DNA of 64,000 bases from an uncultured virus (IMG/VR IMGVR_UViG_3300013123_000002) (Duplodnaviria > Heunggongvirae > Uroviricota > Caudoviricetes), in IMG/VR virus record IMGVR_UViG_3300013123_000002. The stretch is one strand, 5' to 3'. This document shows, piece after piece, positions 47,317-56,164 of this stretch (position 1 is its first letter; every line of letters begins with the position of its first letter). The notes beneath the pieces are model-generated. The model was not told where the DNA came from. It made no database searches and saw nothing but the letters and a program-made list of their open reading frames with translations. Made by a program: the position numbers and the translations under genes.

Positions 47317-47525
47317 AACAAAAATAGTATTAGTCCAACTATAATCAGGAAGAATACTATACTCAAAAAAATTGCAACTTTCCCATAATCGAACCGGTAG
47401 TACACTCTGTACCCTGGACCAATGATGCCATTATTTCCTGACACCGAGTAAAATTTGCGAACAAATCTTTTCCACAAGGATGGTTTTCTTTCCCAAGGCA
47501 ACCTATTTAAGTTAGCATGTTTCAT
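47313..47525 (-). CDS. small membrane protein
   Basis: C-terminal TM helix; ATGA overlaps on both sides. Confidence 0.65.
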   Translation of the reverse strand: MKHANLNRLPWERKPSLWKRFVRKFYSVSGNNGIIGPGYRVYYRFDYGKVAIFLSIVFFLIIVGLILFLL

Positions 47526-49522
47526 TTCTGTATGATTAGGGTGTCACCAAACTCACTTTTCGTGATGACTAGGTGATCACCAGGCCGAACATTACTGTCA
47601 ATATAGGCTTCGGCAATGACATCCTCTAGGTGTGTCTGAATAGCTCTCTTTAGAGGACGCGCTCCGAATTTTGAATCGTAACCCTTGTCGATCAAGAATT
47701 CCTTTGCTTCTTCGGTTAGCTCGAACGAGTACCCATTTTCGGAAACTCTGTTCTGTAGGTCGACCAGTTCGATTTCCACGATTGACCGTATGTGTTCCTT
47801 AGCCAACAAGTTGAAAGTTATGATGTCGTCAATACGGTTGATGAATTCCGGGGGGAATTTTCTGCTGACTTCTTTCCTGAGAACATCGTTAGCTGCTTCT
47901 CTCTGTTGTTCTACCGACTTGGTAGCAAAACCTATGCCCGTTCCAAAGTCCTGAAGGACTCTAACCCCTATGTTCGACGTCATGATGATGACTGTGTTCT
48001 TAAAGTCAACCGTTTTTCCCTGGCCGTCAGTCATTCGGCCGTCGTCCAGAACTTGCAGAAGAGTGTTGAAGATAGCTGGATCAGCTTTCTCGATCTCATC
48101 TAGCAGAATGACAGAGTAAGGACGCCGGCGAACCTTTTCTGTTAACTGACCGCCACTTTCGTAACCTACGTATCCTGGAGGAGCTCCGTTCAACCGACTG
48201 GTCGTGAACTTTTCACTGTACTCGGACATGTCTATGCGAATCAGAGCATCTTCCGATGAGAATAGGTATTTAGCAAGCTGCTTTGCTAGTTCGCTTTTCC
48301 CGACTCCGCTCGGTCCGATGAACAGGAAAGTTCCGATGGGTTTTTTCTTTGACTTTAAGCCGGCCCTCGATCTTTTTATAGCTCTAGTTAATTTGTGAAT
48401 GGCATCGTCCTGTCCGACTATTACTTTTCTGAGAGAAGGTTCCATTGAGGAAAGTTTCTCTATCTCGGTTCCAGTCATCCGGTTGACAGGTATGCCTGTG
48501 ATCGTTGAGACAAGGTCAGCGATGTCACCATCAGTCACAGATAAGCGATTTTCGGTCTTAGCAAGCGATTTTTCCCAATCGCTCTTTGCTTTTGTTATCT
48601 GATCTGCTGCTTCGAGAGCTTCGTCCCGTAGCTTGGCAGCCGCTTCGTAATCCTGGGAGTCAACAGCATTCTTTTTCTTCTTCAGAATGGCAGTCAGCTT
48701 GTCCTCAAGCTTTTTCATCTTGTCCGGAACGACAACGCCGTTCACGTGAACCGTTGCGCCAGCTTCGTCCATTAGGTCAATTGATTTATCCGGTAAGAAC
48801 CGGTCAGCTATGTACCTTTCGCTCAGAGTAACGCACGCGTCCAAAGCTTCAGCATCGTACTTAACTGCGTGGTGATCCTCGTACTTGCTCTTTATGTTTT
48901 CGAGGATTATTCGAGTCTCTTCGGCTGTCGTTGGGTTGACCATTATCTGCTGAAACCTACGGTTCAGGGCCCCGTCCTTTTCGATAGAAAGTCTGTACTC
49001 TTCAGTCGTTGTTGAACCGATGCACTGGATCTCTCCTCTGGCCAAAGCGGGTTTTAATATGTTAGCTGCATCAAGCGATCCGCTAGCTGCGCCTGCTCCG
49101 ACGATAGCGTGAACTTCGTCGATGAACAGTATGATGTTTCCTGATGACTGAACTTCCTGGATGATCTGCTCCATGCGTTCCTCAAACTGACCGCGGTACT
49201 TCGTACCGGCGACCAAATTTGCAAGCTCAAGAGCAACTATTCGTTTTCCGAACAGTGCTCTGGAACAGGTTCGGTTGACTATTCTCATAGCCAAACCTTC
49301 AACTATCGCAGTTTTTCCAACTCCTGGTTCTCCGATCAGCAAAGGGTTGTTCTTTTTTCTTCGGGAAAGGATTTGGCTGCACCGCTTTATCTCTTCTGCT
49401 CTTCCGACTACCGGGTCCAATTTTCCTTCAGCTGCTAGCTGGGTTAGGTCCTTACCGAACGAGTCAACCAGTGGAGTTTTAGTTGCTGGAGATGGTTGTT
49501 TTGTTTGCGACATCTGTTTCAT
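47522..49522 (-). CDS. clpC: ClpC-type AAA+ chaperone lacking the Clp-N domain
   Basis: LDPVVGR, GEPGVGKT, IDEVH, UVR motif DYEAAAKLRD, GPSGVGKS, LDEIEKA, GIGF loop and GARPL. Confidence 0.92.
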   Translation of the reverse strand: MKQMSQTKQPSPATKTPLVDSFGKDLTQLAAEGKLDPVVGRAEEIKRCSQILSRRKKNNPLLIGEPGVGKTAIVEGLAMRIVNRTCSRALFGKRIVALELANLVAGTKYRGQFEERMEQIIQEVQSSGNIILFIDEVHAIVGAGAASGSLDAANILKPALARGEIQCIGSTTTEEYRLSIEKDGALNRRFQQIMVNPTTAEETRIILENIKSKYEDHHAVKYDAEALDACVTLSERYIADRFLPDKSIDLMDEAGATVHVNGVVVPDKMKKLEDKLTAILKKKKNAVDSQDYEAAAKLRDEALEAADQITKAKSDWEKSLAKTENRLSVTDGDIADLVSTITGIPVNRMTGTEIEKLSSMEPSLRKVIVGQDDAIHKLTRAIKRSRAGLKSKKKPIGTFLFIGPSGVGKSELAKQLAKYLFSSEDALIRIDMSEYSEKFTTSRLNGAPPGYVGYESGGQLTEKVRRRPYSVILLDEIEKADPAIFNTLLQVLDDGRMTDGQGKTVDFKNTVIIMTSNIGVRVLQDFGTGIGFATKSVEQQREAANDVLRKEVSRKFPPEFINRIDDIITFNLLAKEHIRSIVEIELVDLQNRVSENGYSFELTEEAKEFLIDKGYDSKFGARPLKRAIQTHLEDVIAEAYIDSNVRPGDHLVITKSEFGDTLIIQK

Positions 49523-49527
49523 TTTGT

Positions 49528-50163
49528 TTAATCCCACCAGCCCTTCATACCAGAGCCGTCGAACCATTTATACCAACGGTTCTCATCTTTTTTCTCTTCC
49601 TCAGTCAAATTTTCTTCGACTTTTTTGTAGTCTTCGTAGTTCTGCCCGTGAAGTATCTCGAAGAGCTCTTTCCAGGTGTCTTTTTCCAACTTTCTGGACA
49701 GTGCATAGATCTCAGCATTATCTTTCTCTTCCTGTTCGGTAGCTTTTGACACAACTTTCGTCCAGTTTGGATTCTTTTCATCGCTTTCGAAAGAAATCCA
49801 ATCGGACACTTTTTTACCGAGCTGTTCTTCAGCTACGCTGACAAAATCATCCTCAATGTGATAGTTTAGGATCTCTACAGCACGACGCATCTTTTCGATC
49901 TTCTTTAGGCGAGATTCGTCAACTTCGTGACCGTACTTTTCGATATAGTCTGCAGTTGTTGTGATGTTCGTGCGAAGGAGTCTGAGAGCTCCGTGAGTGT
50001 CCCACGGATAAGTGTGCCAAAGGTCCTTTCTGTAAGTTCTCAGGTTCTTAAGAAAGCGAGGCACGTCGTACCTCAGGCAATCCCAAGCCTTCCAAAACCA
50101 CCTCTGACGATTGCGTAAGCGCTTTAGGCTCTTTGCGAAAGTGCCGGTTAGTACAACGTCCAT
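49528..50163 (-). CDS. hypothetical phage protein
   Basis: 211 aa ending in GWWD. Confidence 0.75.
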   Translation of the reverse strand: MDVVLTGTFAKSLKRLRNRQRWFWKAWDCLRYDVPRFLKNLRTYRKDLWHTYPWDTHGALRLLRTNITTTADYIEKYGHEVDESRLKKIEKMRRAVEILNYHIEDDFVSVAEEQLGKKVSDWISFESDEKNPNWTKVVSKATEQEEKDNAEIYALSRKLEKDTWKELFEILHGQNYEDYKKVEENLTEEEKKDENRWYKWFDGSGMKGWWD

Positions 50164-50180
50164 GTGATGTTTCCTTTATT

Positions 50181-50633
50181 TTATTTACCTTCAGCATCTT
50201 CGATTTGCTTTTCTTCGATTATGCCCTTGAGAAAGTTTCGGATGTTCGTTCGAACTTCGTACTTTAACCTTCTACGGTACCTGTGAGCTTCGGTGTTAAC
50301 GATCTCCATCAGGTAATTGTAAGAAGATTCCATGAACCACTGAGAGTGAAACCCACTGTGATTGTGGATCGACACCATGTGATCCTTAGTATCGTGGTAC
50401 AAGGTGAACAGCATGCGTTCTTCGACTATCAAAACTTCGCCAGTTATCTTATCGTAAAGAATCTTCTCTGGGTGTTTCTTTACTGTCATGACAACAAGAT
50501 CGAAAACGTCCTTTTGTTCAGAATTAAGAAGCTTAAGCGCATGGTTTCTTTCAGATTCTTTACGTTTCTGACGAGTCCTTACGTTCATTCGCTTTATCTG
50601 ATAGCTGAAATATCGTGTTACCGGATTTTTCAT
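50181..50633 (-). CDS. hypothetical protein
   Basis: 150 aa ORF in a co-oriented run. Confidence 0.7.
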   Translation of the reverse strand: MKNPVTRYFSYQIKRMNVRTRQKRKESERNHALKLLNSEQKDVFDLVVMTVKKHPEKILYDKITGEVLIVEERMLFTLYHDTKDHMVSIHNHSGFHSQWFMESSYNYLMEIVNTEAHRYRRRLKYEVRTNIRNFLKGIIEEKQIEDAEGK

Positions 50634-50663
50634 TGCTTTTAGTTCTAAGATACTATACCAAAC

Positions 50664-51041
50664 TTATCGTTTTCCGGACAGTAACCGAAATATGTCTGCA
50701 TCCGTTATTGTTAGCTTTTGAGGAAGGTCAAACTCTTCGAAGTTCTCGCTTACTCGGAGTTCTTCAACGTGCTTCCAAAGGCTAGGAACGTCGTAACATA
50801 TAGGGTTGTTCTTCTCGTCAAACGCTTGCAGCGGAGTCTCGCTAGCAGTTCTCTCGTAGAGGTACCAGCCTATCCAATCTCCGCCAGTCTTTCCGTAGTA
50901 CGCGTTTAGAGCTAAGTTCAGAGCAATCATCCATCCTTCCTCGTACTCTATCAGGTCTATGCCCAACTTTGCTGCCTCTACTCCGCGTTCTCCCTGAACT
51001 TCTATAGCTCGTATTATCGCTTTGAATACTTCAAGTTTCAT
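50664..51041 (-). CDS. hypothetical protein
   Basis: 125 aa with DWIGWYLYE motif. Confidence 0.7.
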   Translation of the reverse strand: MKLEVFKAIIRAIEVQGERGVEAAKLGIDLIEYEEGWMIALNLALNAYYGKTGGDWIGWYLYERTASETPLQAFDEKNNPICYDVPSLWKHVEELRVSENFEEFDLPQKLTITDADIFRLLSGKR

Positions 51042-51244
51042 CCCAAATCAATTTTAGGTTTAGCCAATAATTTTTCCTTAAAATCCTCAAGAGCAGTTTC
51101 CAAACCAGCGGCAATGAGAAGTTCCAGGTCGCCAGGGCCGGATATCGCTTTGTTCTTCTGTGCTATCGCTAGGGACTGCACTATCGCGCTAGCGTATTCC
51201 TGGCTAAGCTGCGGTATGTTCAATTCTTTCTTAGTGTCTTCCAT
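51038..51244 (-). CDS. hypothetical protein
   Basis: 68 aa, overlapping its neighbours. Confidence 0.6.
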   Translation of the reverse strand: MEDTKKELNIPQLSQEYASAIVQSLAIAQKNKAISGPGDLELLIAAGLETALEDFKEKLLAKPKIDLG

Positions 51245-51755
51245 TTAGGTGATTGATTATTTTGTCGGCGCAGTCAGACAACCTGGTGTTTACCTCTGCC
51301 CAATCGCCGAATACCCACACGTGGTGATTTTTCGTTATGTACGGGTACTCTTCAGTCATCTCTTCGAACCACCGTCCCAAGTTAAGATCATCTATCGCGA
51401 TCCATTCTTCGACAGATTCGTGGTTCTGCTGTAGCCACCGTGCTATCTGGTAAGCTCTGTCCATGTCAAGCCAGGAACTAATCTTGGCTTTTTGAGTATC
51501 TGTTACCCCTATCACGACCGGAGGAATGCCGTAGTGCTCGAATACCGAATTTAGTTGATCCACTGTGAAGTGTTTCTTCCAGTCAGAGCTGACAATGACC
51601 TTAGCATCGGTTTCTGTGATTATCTCTGCTAAAACTTCGCACTGGTCCTTTTCCCAACCGTACGGTATCGTGAGGTCTTCGGAGATTTTCACCGACCCAT
51701 CGTCCCAGGTTCCATAAGATAGCGGCCCGTCGATGTCCACGAATATCACTTTCAT
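51231..51755 (-). CDS. HAD-superfamily protein (Swiss-army-knife RNA-repair-like HAD)
   Basis: FVDIDG, VSSDW and AIDD motifs; start reassigned to 51755. Confidence 0.8.
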   Translation of the reverse strand: MKVIFVDIDGPLSYGTWDDGSVKISEDLTIPYGWEKDQCEVLAEIITETDAKVIVSSDWKKHFTVDQLNSVFEHYGIPPVVIGVTDTQKAKISSWLDMDRAYQIARWLQQNHESVEEWIAIDDLNLGRWFEEMTEEYPYITKNHHVWVFGDWAEVNTRLSDCADKIINHLNGRH

Positions 51756-51964
51756 TTGTTTCGCTCTTCTATTATTTCTGCCCACCTATCGTCCGCTCTT
51801 CTCCAAAGGTTTACAAATAAGGACGAATAGTGAGCAGGAAACATTGTTCCAAAATTATTGATCAGAGCAAACGCCCCAGTCAATTGGTTCGTAGTCGTGC
51901 ACGAATCGATAACTTTTTCGATCCACTTAGCTACGTCACCGTAATGATTGCTAGTTGCTGCCAT
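51752..51964 (-). CDS. hypothetical protein
   Basis: 70 aa with WIEKVIDSC motif. Confidence 0.65.
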   Translation of the reverse strand: MAATSNHYGDVAKWIEKVIDSCTTTNQLTGAFALINNFGTMFPAHYSSLFVNLWRRADDRWAEIIEERNK

Positions 51965-51965
51965 C

Positions 51966-52373
51966 TTACTTTATTTTTGTGTTTGTTCTGCCGTCCTTCC
52001 AGTAATCGTCGCCGCCGTAGTACAGAAAAATTTCCTCCCCAGCTTTAATAGGGGCACACGAGTAAAACTTAAAACTGCGAGATGTAGTATCAGTCACCCA
52101 GTACGCATTGCTCGGAGATCGGTGATTGTATAGCATTCCGTAACCTAAAACTGCGACCTGTTTGGTTTCAGCCGTCATTGGTCCGGCCGGATAGTTGAAC
52201 CGGTAATCTATAAGAAGAGAAGACGATTCTCCGTAAGCTATAGGAAGTTCGACAAAAGCGCACTCTTCGATTAGTTCGTTGTTCGCTATGTCTTCCGTCG
52301 CAAACACTCCCCAACCGTGGACTGGGCTCTCCCTTACTTGTATCTTCTTTGATTGAAACAGAGCTATCATCAC
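51966..52373 (-). CDS. SET-domain protein (putative lysine methyltransferase)
   Basis: HGWGVFA, YNH-x-x-x-x-N and I-x-x-GEEI-x-x-x-YG-x-x-YW motifs. Confidence 0.88.
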   Translation of the reverse strand: MMIALFQSKKIQVRESPVHGWGVFATEDIANNELIEECAFVELPIAYGESSSLLIDYRFNYPAGPMTAETKQVAVLGYGMLYNHRSPSNAYWVTDTTSRSFKFYSCAPIKAGEEIFLYYGGDDYWKDGRTNTKIK

Positions 52374-52585
52374 TTTATGAGTTCTTGTATTTTTCTGTCA
52401 AGCTCTTCCAGAACCCTGCTAATTCCGTACTTGTTGATAAAGTAGCTGAGAACCGGCCCGGCATTGTTTTCCAAGTACCAAACACTGTTGAGGTGACTGT
52501 ACTCTTTCATCCACTGAAAAGCATGCTTAGTTAAGCACTCCTTGTACACGTCTTCTTCCCGGTAAAACATCTCGTTATTTGCCAT
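52370..52585 (-). CDS. hypothetical protein
   Basis: Start reassigned to MANNEMF. Confidence 0.55.
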   Translation of the reverse strand: MANNEMFYREEDVYKECLTKHAFQWMKEYSHLNSVWYLENNAGPVLSYFINKYGISRVLEELDRKIQELIK

Positions 52586-52763
52586 GGTCAATGTACGATT
52601 CTTTTGTGATGGCGATAATTCTCTCCCTCTGCTCAGGAGTCCAACTGTGACGGGCTCTCCACATTTCGACAAGAGCTTCTGCTAGCTCTTCATCGTAGTA
52701 GTTGGATCCCTTTTCTTCTTGGATGGTGATGATTATGCCTGGTTCGGCGAAGGTTGTTTGCAT
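52575..52763 (-). CDS. hypothetical protein
   Basis: 62 aa ORF. Confidence 0.55.
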   Translation of the reverse strand: MQTTFAEPGIIITIQEEKGSNYYDEELAEALVEMWRARHSWTPEQRERIIAITKESYIDHGK

Positions 52764-52799
52764 ATAATTTCGCTAGTCTTTTTTACTAACGATATTATA

Positions 52800-52955
52800 C
52801 TACTCAGGCTGTTGTTTGGATTTTAGTTTGGGCTTACTTTTCTTAACTTTCAAGCCCTTTTTCTTTGGGTTCAACCCAAAAATGTTAGGATCGCCGGTCT
52901 GGGATAAACTTGCTTGCTGCAAGAATTGGTCAAAATTTTCGACGAGCCTCTTCAT
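52800..52955 (-). CDS. small basic putative internal head protein
   Basis: MKRLVENFDQFL N-terminus and Lys-rich tail. Confidence 0.6.
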   Translation of the reverse strand: MKRLVENFDQFLQQASLSQTGDPNIFGLNPKKKGLKVKKSKPKLKSKQQPE

Positions 52956-52960
52956 GTTGT

Positions 52961-53356
52961 TTACTTTGTCACTCCGAATATCATCGCCAGTATTATTCCA
53001 GCGATTGCAGTGAAGACTATCCAAATGATCTTAGTAACAGTGTCCTTAAACGACATCATGTCTTTGTGTTCTTCTATAAACTTGTCGAAGTCCTTTTCCT
53101 CGGATTCTTGCTTCTTTCTGAATTCTGTGTTCTTGTTGACCCTAACGATAATTCCGTCTTCCGGATCCAGTAACTGTCTCTTTATCGCACGAAGATCTTC
53201 CTTCATTCCTTCTTGAGACTGATCGATCCGCTCTATTCTCTCTTGAATTGCTTTTAATTCGCCGTTCGGTAGTTGCTTCTTAATGACTTCTAATGCTGTT
53301 AGAATGTCATTCATCATGTTATCCACTGAATCGTTAGTGCCACGAGAACCTGTCAT
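52961..53356 (-). CDS. coiled-coil protein with a C-terminal TM helix (holin-like?)
   Basis: Helical N-terminus and a single C-terminal hydrophobic helix; late transcription unit. Confidence 0.6.
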   Translation of the reverse strand: MTGSRGTNDSVDNMMNDILTALEVIKKQLPNGELKAIQERIERIDQSQEGMKEDLRAIKRQLLDPEDGIIVRVNKNTEFRKKQESEEKDFDKFIEEHKDMMSFKDTVTKIIWIVFTAIAGIILAMIFGVTK

Positions 53357-53393
53357 TTCGTGTACGAAGTTATTTTTAGTAAAAAGTAGTTGA

Positions 53394-53672
53394 TTAAGCG
53401 GTTGGCTCTTCGGTTTCTTCTCCCGATGGAGCAGGCTCTTCGGATCCGTCTTCCGGACCGTCTAGCAAGGTAACTTCGTCTTGTCCAGGTTCAGTAGCTG
53501 GAATTTCGTCAGTCATTTCCGGTGTTTCCGGTTCAGCAACGATAGGTTTGGTTGGAAGTTCTGGCTGTTCCCCAATCGTAGGAACTGACATTCCACCGTC
53601 CTGAGCGGCTGTGAATTCTTCAAAACTTAAGACCTTCTTAGCTCCGCTGCTAGTTAAACTCATTTCTGCCAT
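53394..53672 (-). CDS. acidic putative head protein
   Basis: KVLSFEEF motif and E/P-rich tail; late promoter at 53694-53700. Confidence 0.68.
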   Translation of the reverse strand: MAEMSLTSSGAKKVLSFEEFTAAQDGGMSVPTIGEQPELPTKPIVAEPETPEMTDEIPATEPGQDEVTLLDGPEDGSEEPAPSGEETEEPTA

Positions 53673-53742
53673 GTTGGTTATGCAATTTTGAGTTATTTAT
53701 ACGGAAAGAGGAACAATTTGAGCCTCGCTCTTGCACAAATTG

Positions 53743-54618
53743 TTAATTGTTTCTAGCGGTTCCGCACGTTGGGCAGAAGGCTTCACCGGATCTCCACCTA
53801 CGGCCGCAACCTGTGCAGTACGAGCGAATCTCGCCAATCTCTGCGGGTTTTTGGCTTTCTGGAAGGATCTTCACTGTGTAGTAAGCGCAAGCGTAGAAGC
53901 TGAAATCTCCGTAAGTATCGACCAGCTTCTGGTTTGAGCGTTCACCCTTTTCGATTCTACCTGTCTCTATGTTTAGAGAGGATTTTGTCAACTTTAGGCC
54001 AATCGGTATTTTATCAGAAAAACTGTCCTCACAAGCCAGGTTCATGTTAGCTGAGTAATTAGCTGACATTCCGATGTTGTCTCCGAGACCTGCGCTTGGC
54101 GTGCTGTTGAAATAACAGTGGTCAGACGTGAAGGTCGGATTGACGGTCGGATTTCCGGTAGTTCCGCCGCAAATTGTCGGTCCATTAATAGTGATGGAAC
54201 CGTTTCCGCAGAACCAATTTTTCGGTTGGACGATCTCATCGTAGAACTCGACTGTTACCAGTCCGTTCTTTGCGATTGCAGCTCTTCCTTCAGCTGAATT
54301 TTCTGCTTCGTAGGTCGTGAATTTGAACTTACGATCCTCTTCCAAGAACCGTTCGAGGTAACCTCTTTGGCCAGGATTCACGACGATACCTCCACCTGAC
54401 ACGGAAACTCCGTTGATGGAAATTTTTGCGAGAACTCTGTTTGACCTTGGATTCCAAAGCTCAATCTCAAAGGAGGTTCCGTCCTTCATGTAAACGTTTT
54501 CTCCGTAAAGCTTTAGACGATTTCTACTCACGGTGACGTGAGCGGTTGGAGTTGGATTTGATGTTGAGTAATAGTATACTCCGCTCGAATAGTACGAGCT
54601 TGATTGATTTAGGTACAT
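53743..54618 (-). CDS. hypothetical protein with a beta-rich domain and a C-terminal CxxC-x10-CxxC zinc ribbon
   Basis: FEIELWN...LERF...ETGRIEKG...YCTGCG...FCPTCGT; likely ATG at 54618. Confidence 0.8.
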   Translation of the reverse strand: MYLNQSSSYYSSGVYYYSTSNPTPTAHVTVSRNRLKLYGENVYMKDGTSFEIELWNPRSNRVLAKISINGVSVSGGGIVVNPGQRGYLERFLEEDRKFKFTTYEAENSAEGRAAIAKNGLVTVEFYDEIVQPKNWFCGNGSITINGPTICGGTTGNPTVNPTFTSDHCYFNSTPSAGLGDNIGMSANYSANMNLACEDSFSDKIPIGLKLTKSSLNIETGRIEKGERSNQKLVDTYGDFSFYACAYYTVKILPESQKPAEIGEIRSYCTGCGRRWRSGEAFCPTCGTARNN

Positions 54619-54635
54619 AGTTAGCTGTGTTATTT

Positions 54636-54716
54636 TTGCAAATCTCATCGCGACCGTTCGATCGATCGCTCAAGGGCCCTTGGACCCGAGACTCACAGAG
54701 CGAGGCTCTATGTTCC
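54636..54716 (-). ncRNA. candidate structured cis-regulatory RNA leader
   Basis: Hand folding gives a hairpin plus a three-way junction in a GC-rich leader between a late promoter and the start codon. Confidence 0.5.
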
Positions 54717-54743
54717 AATAGTATTTATACGATGGTTGGAAAA

Positions 54744-55073
54744 TTAGTTTTGCCGAGAAACTAGCTTAACGAAATCGCTAATAGTGTAACACAGTACAGC
54801 TTTCTGATCGTAGTGTTCCAGTGTGAATTCTATGATCTCGTCGATCTGCGATTCGCTGCAGTAAATTCTCACAGGGATCATACGGTCGTTGAACTGTTCG
54901 TTATCTTCGCTGACCCACTGCCCCTTTGAAGTTTTGAATATGGTCAGTCCTCCAGCAATCGACCGAACTTTATCGTCCCACTGGTGGTGATAAGCAAGGT
55001 CGAACTTATTACCAGCATTGTCATGGTACGGGACAAGAATTTCCCAAAGATACTTTCGGCTAGCTATTTTCAT
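54744..55073 (-). CDS. hypothetical protein (PII/ferredoxin-like?)
   Basis: GGLT...GQW...MIPVRI...YDQKAV. Confidence 0.7.
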   Translation of the reverse strand: MKIASRKYLWEILVPYHDNAGNKFDLAYHHQWDDKVRSIAGGLTIFKTSKGQWVSEDNEQFNDRMIPVRIYCSESQIDEIIEFTLEHYDQKAVLCYTISDFVKLVSRQN

Positions 55074-55674
55074 CGAACACAGATTTGAACAGGGTTCGTA
55101 ATGCAGATAAGGTCACTGTGCTCTTTGCGCTGTAATAAAGTTTGTCATCGTCTGCTTCGCCGAACATTGCAAATATTGACTCAGCATGAAATTTTTGGAG
55201 TTTGTCGACTGTTCGCTTAGCGTACATGTACTTTCCTTCCAGGTGGGTCTCTATCTCGTTAAGCCAGTCAGCCATGACTTTGTTATGAGTTGTGAACCTT
55301 CTTTTTTCCTTCTTCCACTGATTTCCGCACTTGTTGCAGTGATTGACCTCGTTTGTGTCAATTTCCATCTCACCGTAGATACTTCCGCACCCCAAGAAAA
55401 AATCGCCGCCAACGTGACCATCACCTTGAACTCTCTGAATCTTGTCGACCACGTCAAGATTTCCGTCAGCTCCGCACTTTGGACAGGTGCTGTTGTGCAG
55501 GTTTACGTAAGACCGATTAGATTCGTCTTCTTCGGCTTCCTTTACTTTGGCCATTCCTCTGAGCTCTTCCAACTCTTTCTGAACTATAGCTCTTTGTTCA
55601 GCATTCTGCTTGTTACCTGCTTTAGCCAAGCGGTTTGTGCGCTTGACCCACCAAATTTTTAACGATTTGAACAT
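55060..55674 (-). CDS. zinc-finger protein
   Basis: CPKCG...HCNKCGNQW. Confidence 0.72.
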   Translation of the reverse strand: MFKSLKIWWVKRTNRLAKAGNKQNAEQRAIVQKELEELRGMAKVKEAEEDESNRSYVNLHNSTCPKCGADGNLDVVDKIQRVQGDGHVGGDFFLGCGSIYGEMEIDTNEVNHCNKCGNQWKKEKRRFTTHNKVMADWLNEIETHLEGKYMYAKRTVDKLQKFHAESIFAMFGEADDDKLYYSAKSTVTLSALRTLFKSVFDENS

Positions 55675-55675
55675 T

Positions 55676-56155
55676 TTAGTGATTCGTTATGTGATTTCTT
55701 ACAGATTGTACCAATTCGTCGATGGAACTGTACACGGTCGGCCCGCAAGCAAGTGAGGTTTGCTTTCTGACATCAAACGATCTGGGATAATTAGGATGCG
55801 TCCCCACGAATATTCTGCGTACGTTCCCTTGGGTAGGAAGTCTTAGCCTACCCCACAAGCCGTACTCGAACAGAGTGATCGGATTTAACGAACCTTCCGA
55901 GAACCAAAAGAGAATCATGTCAGCTTTTTCGAGGTGCTTAAATTCCCACTCTATTTGAACGTCTGACTCTTTCTCGTCGCCAGTATCAAAATTGTCTCTT
56001 CGTGGGTTGAAGATGACTAGGTCCGGAATGTCAAACAATTTTTCTATCACTTCGTTCTGCCAGTTTGGGCAGTTAGTGATTCCGCCAGCAAGAAAGATGC
56101 TTCTGGAAGCTAGGGATTTTTCAGAATAGTTCGGTGCTTGAAGGACTACCGCCAT
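55676..56155 (-). CDS. nucleoside 2-deoxyribosyltransferase-like protein
   Basis: IFLAGGI...WQ...NPRR...QIEWE...PITLFEYG. Confidence 0.82.
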   Translation of the reverse strand: MAVVLQAPNYSEKSLASRSIFLAGGITNCPNWQNEVIEKLFDIPDLVIFNPRRDNFDTGDEKESDVQIEWEFKHLEKADMILFWFSEGSLNPITLFEYGLWGRLRLPTQGNVRRIFVGTHPNYPRSFDVRKQTSLACGPTVYSSIDELVQSVRNHITNH

Positions 56156-56164
56156 AGGATTTGA

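Noticed and set aside
54636..54716. Hammerhead ribozyme or tRNA in the structured leader
   Set aside because: No CUGANGA/GAAA core, and no T-loop or cloverleaf with an acceptor stem.
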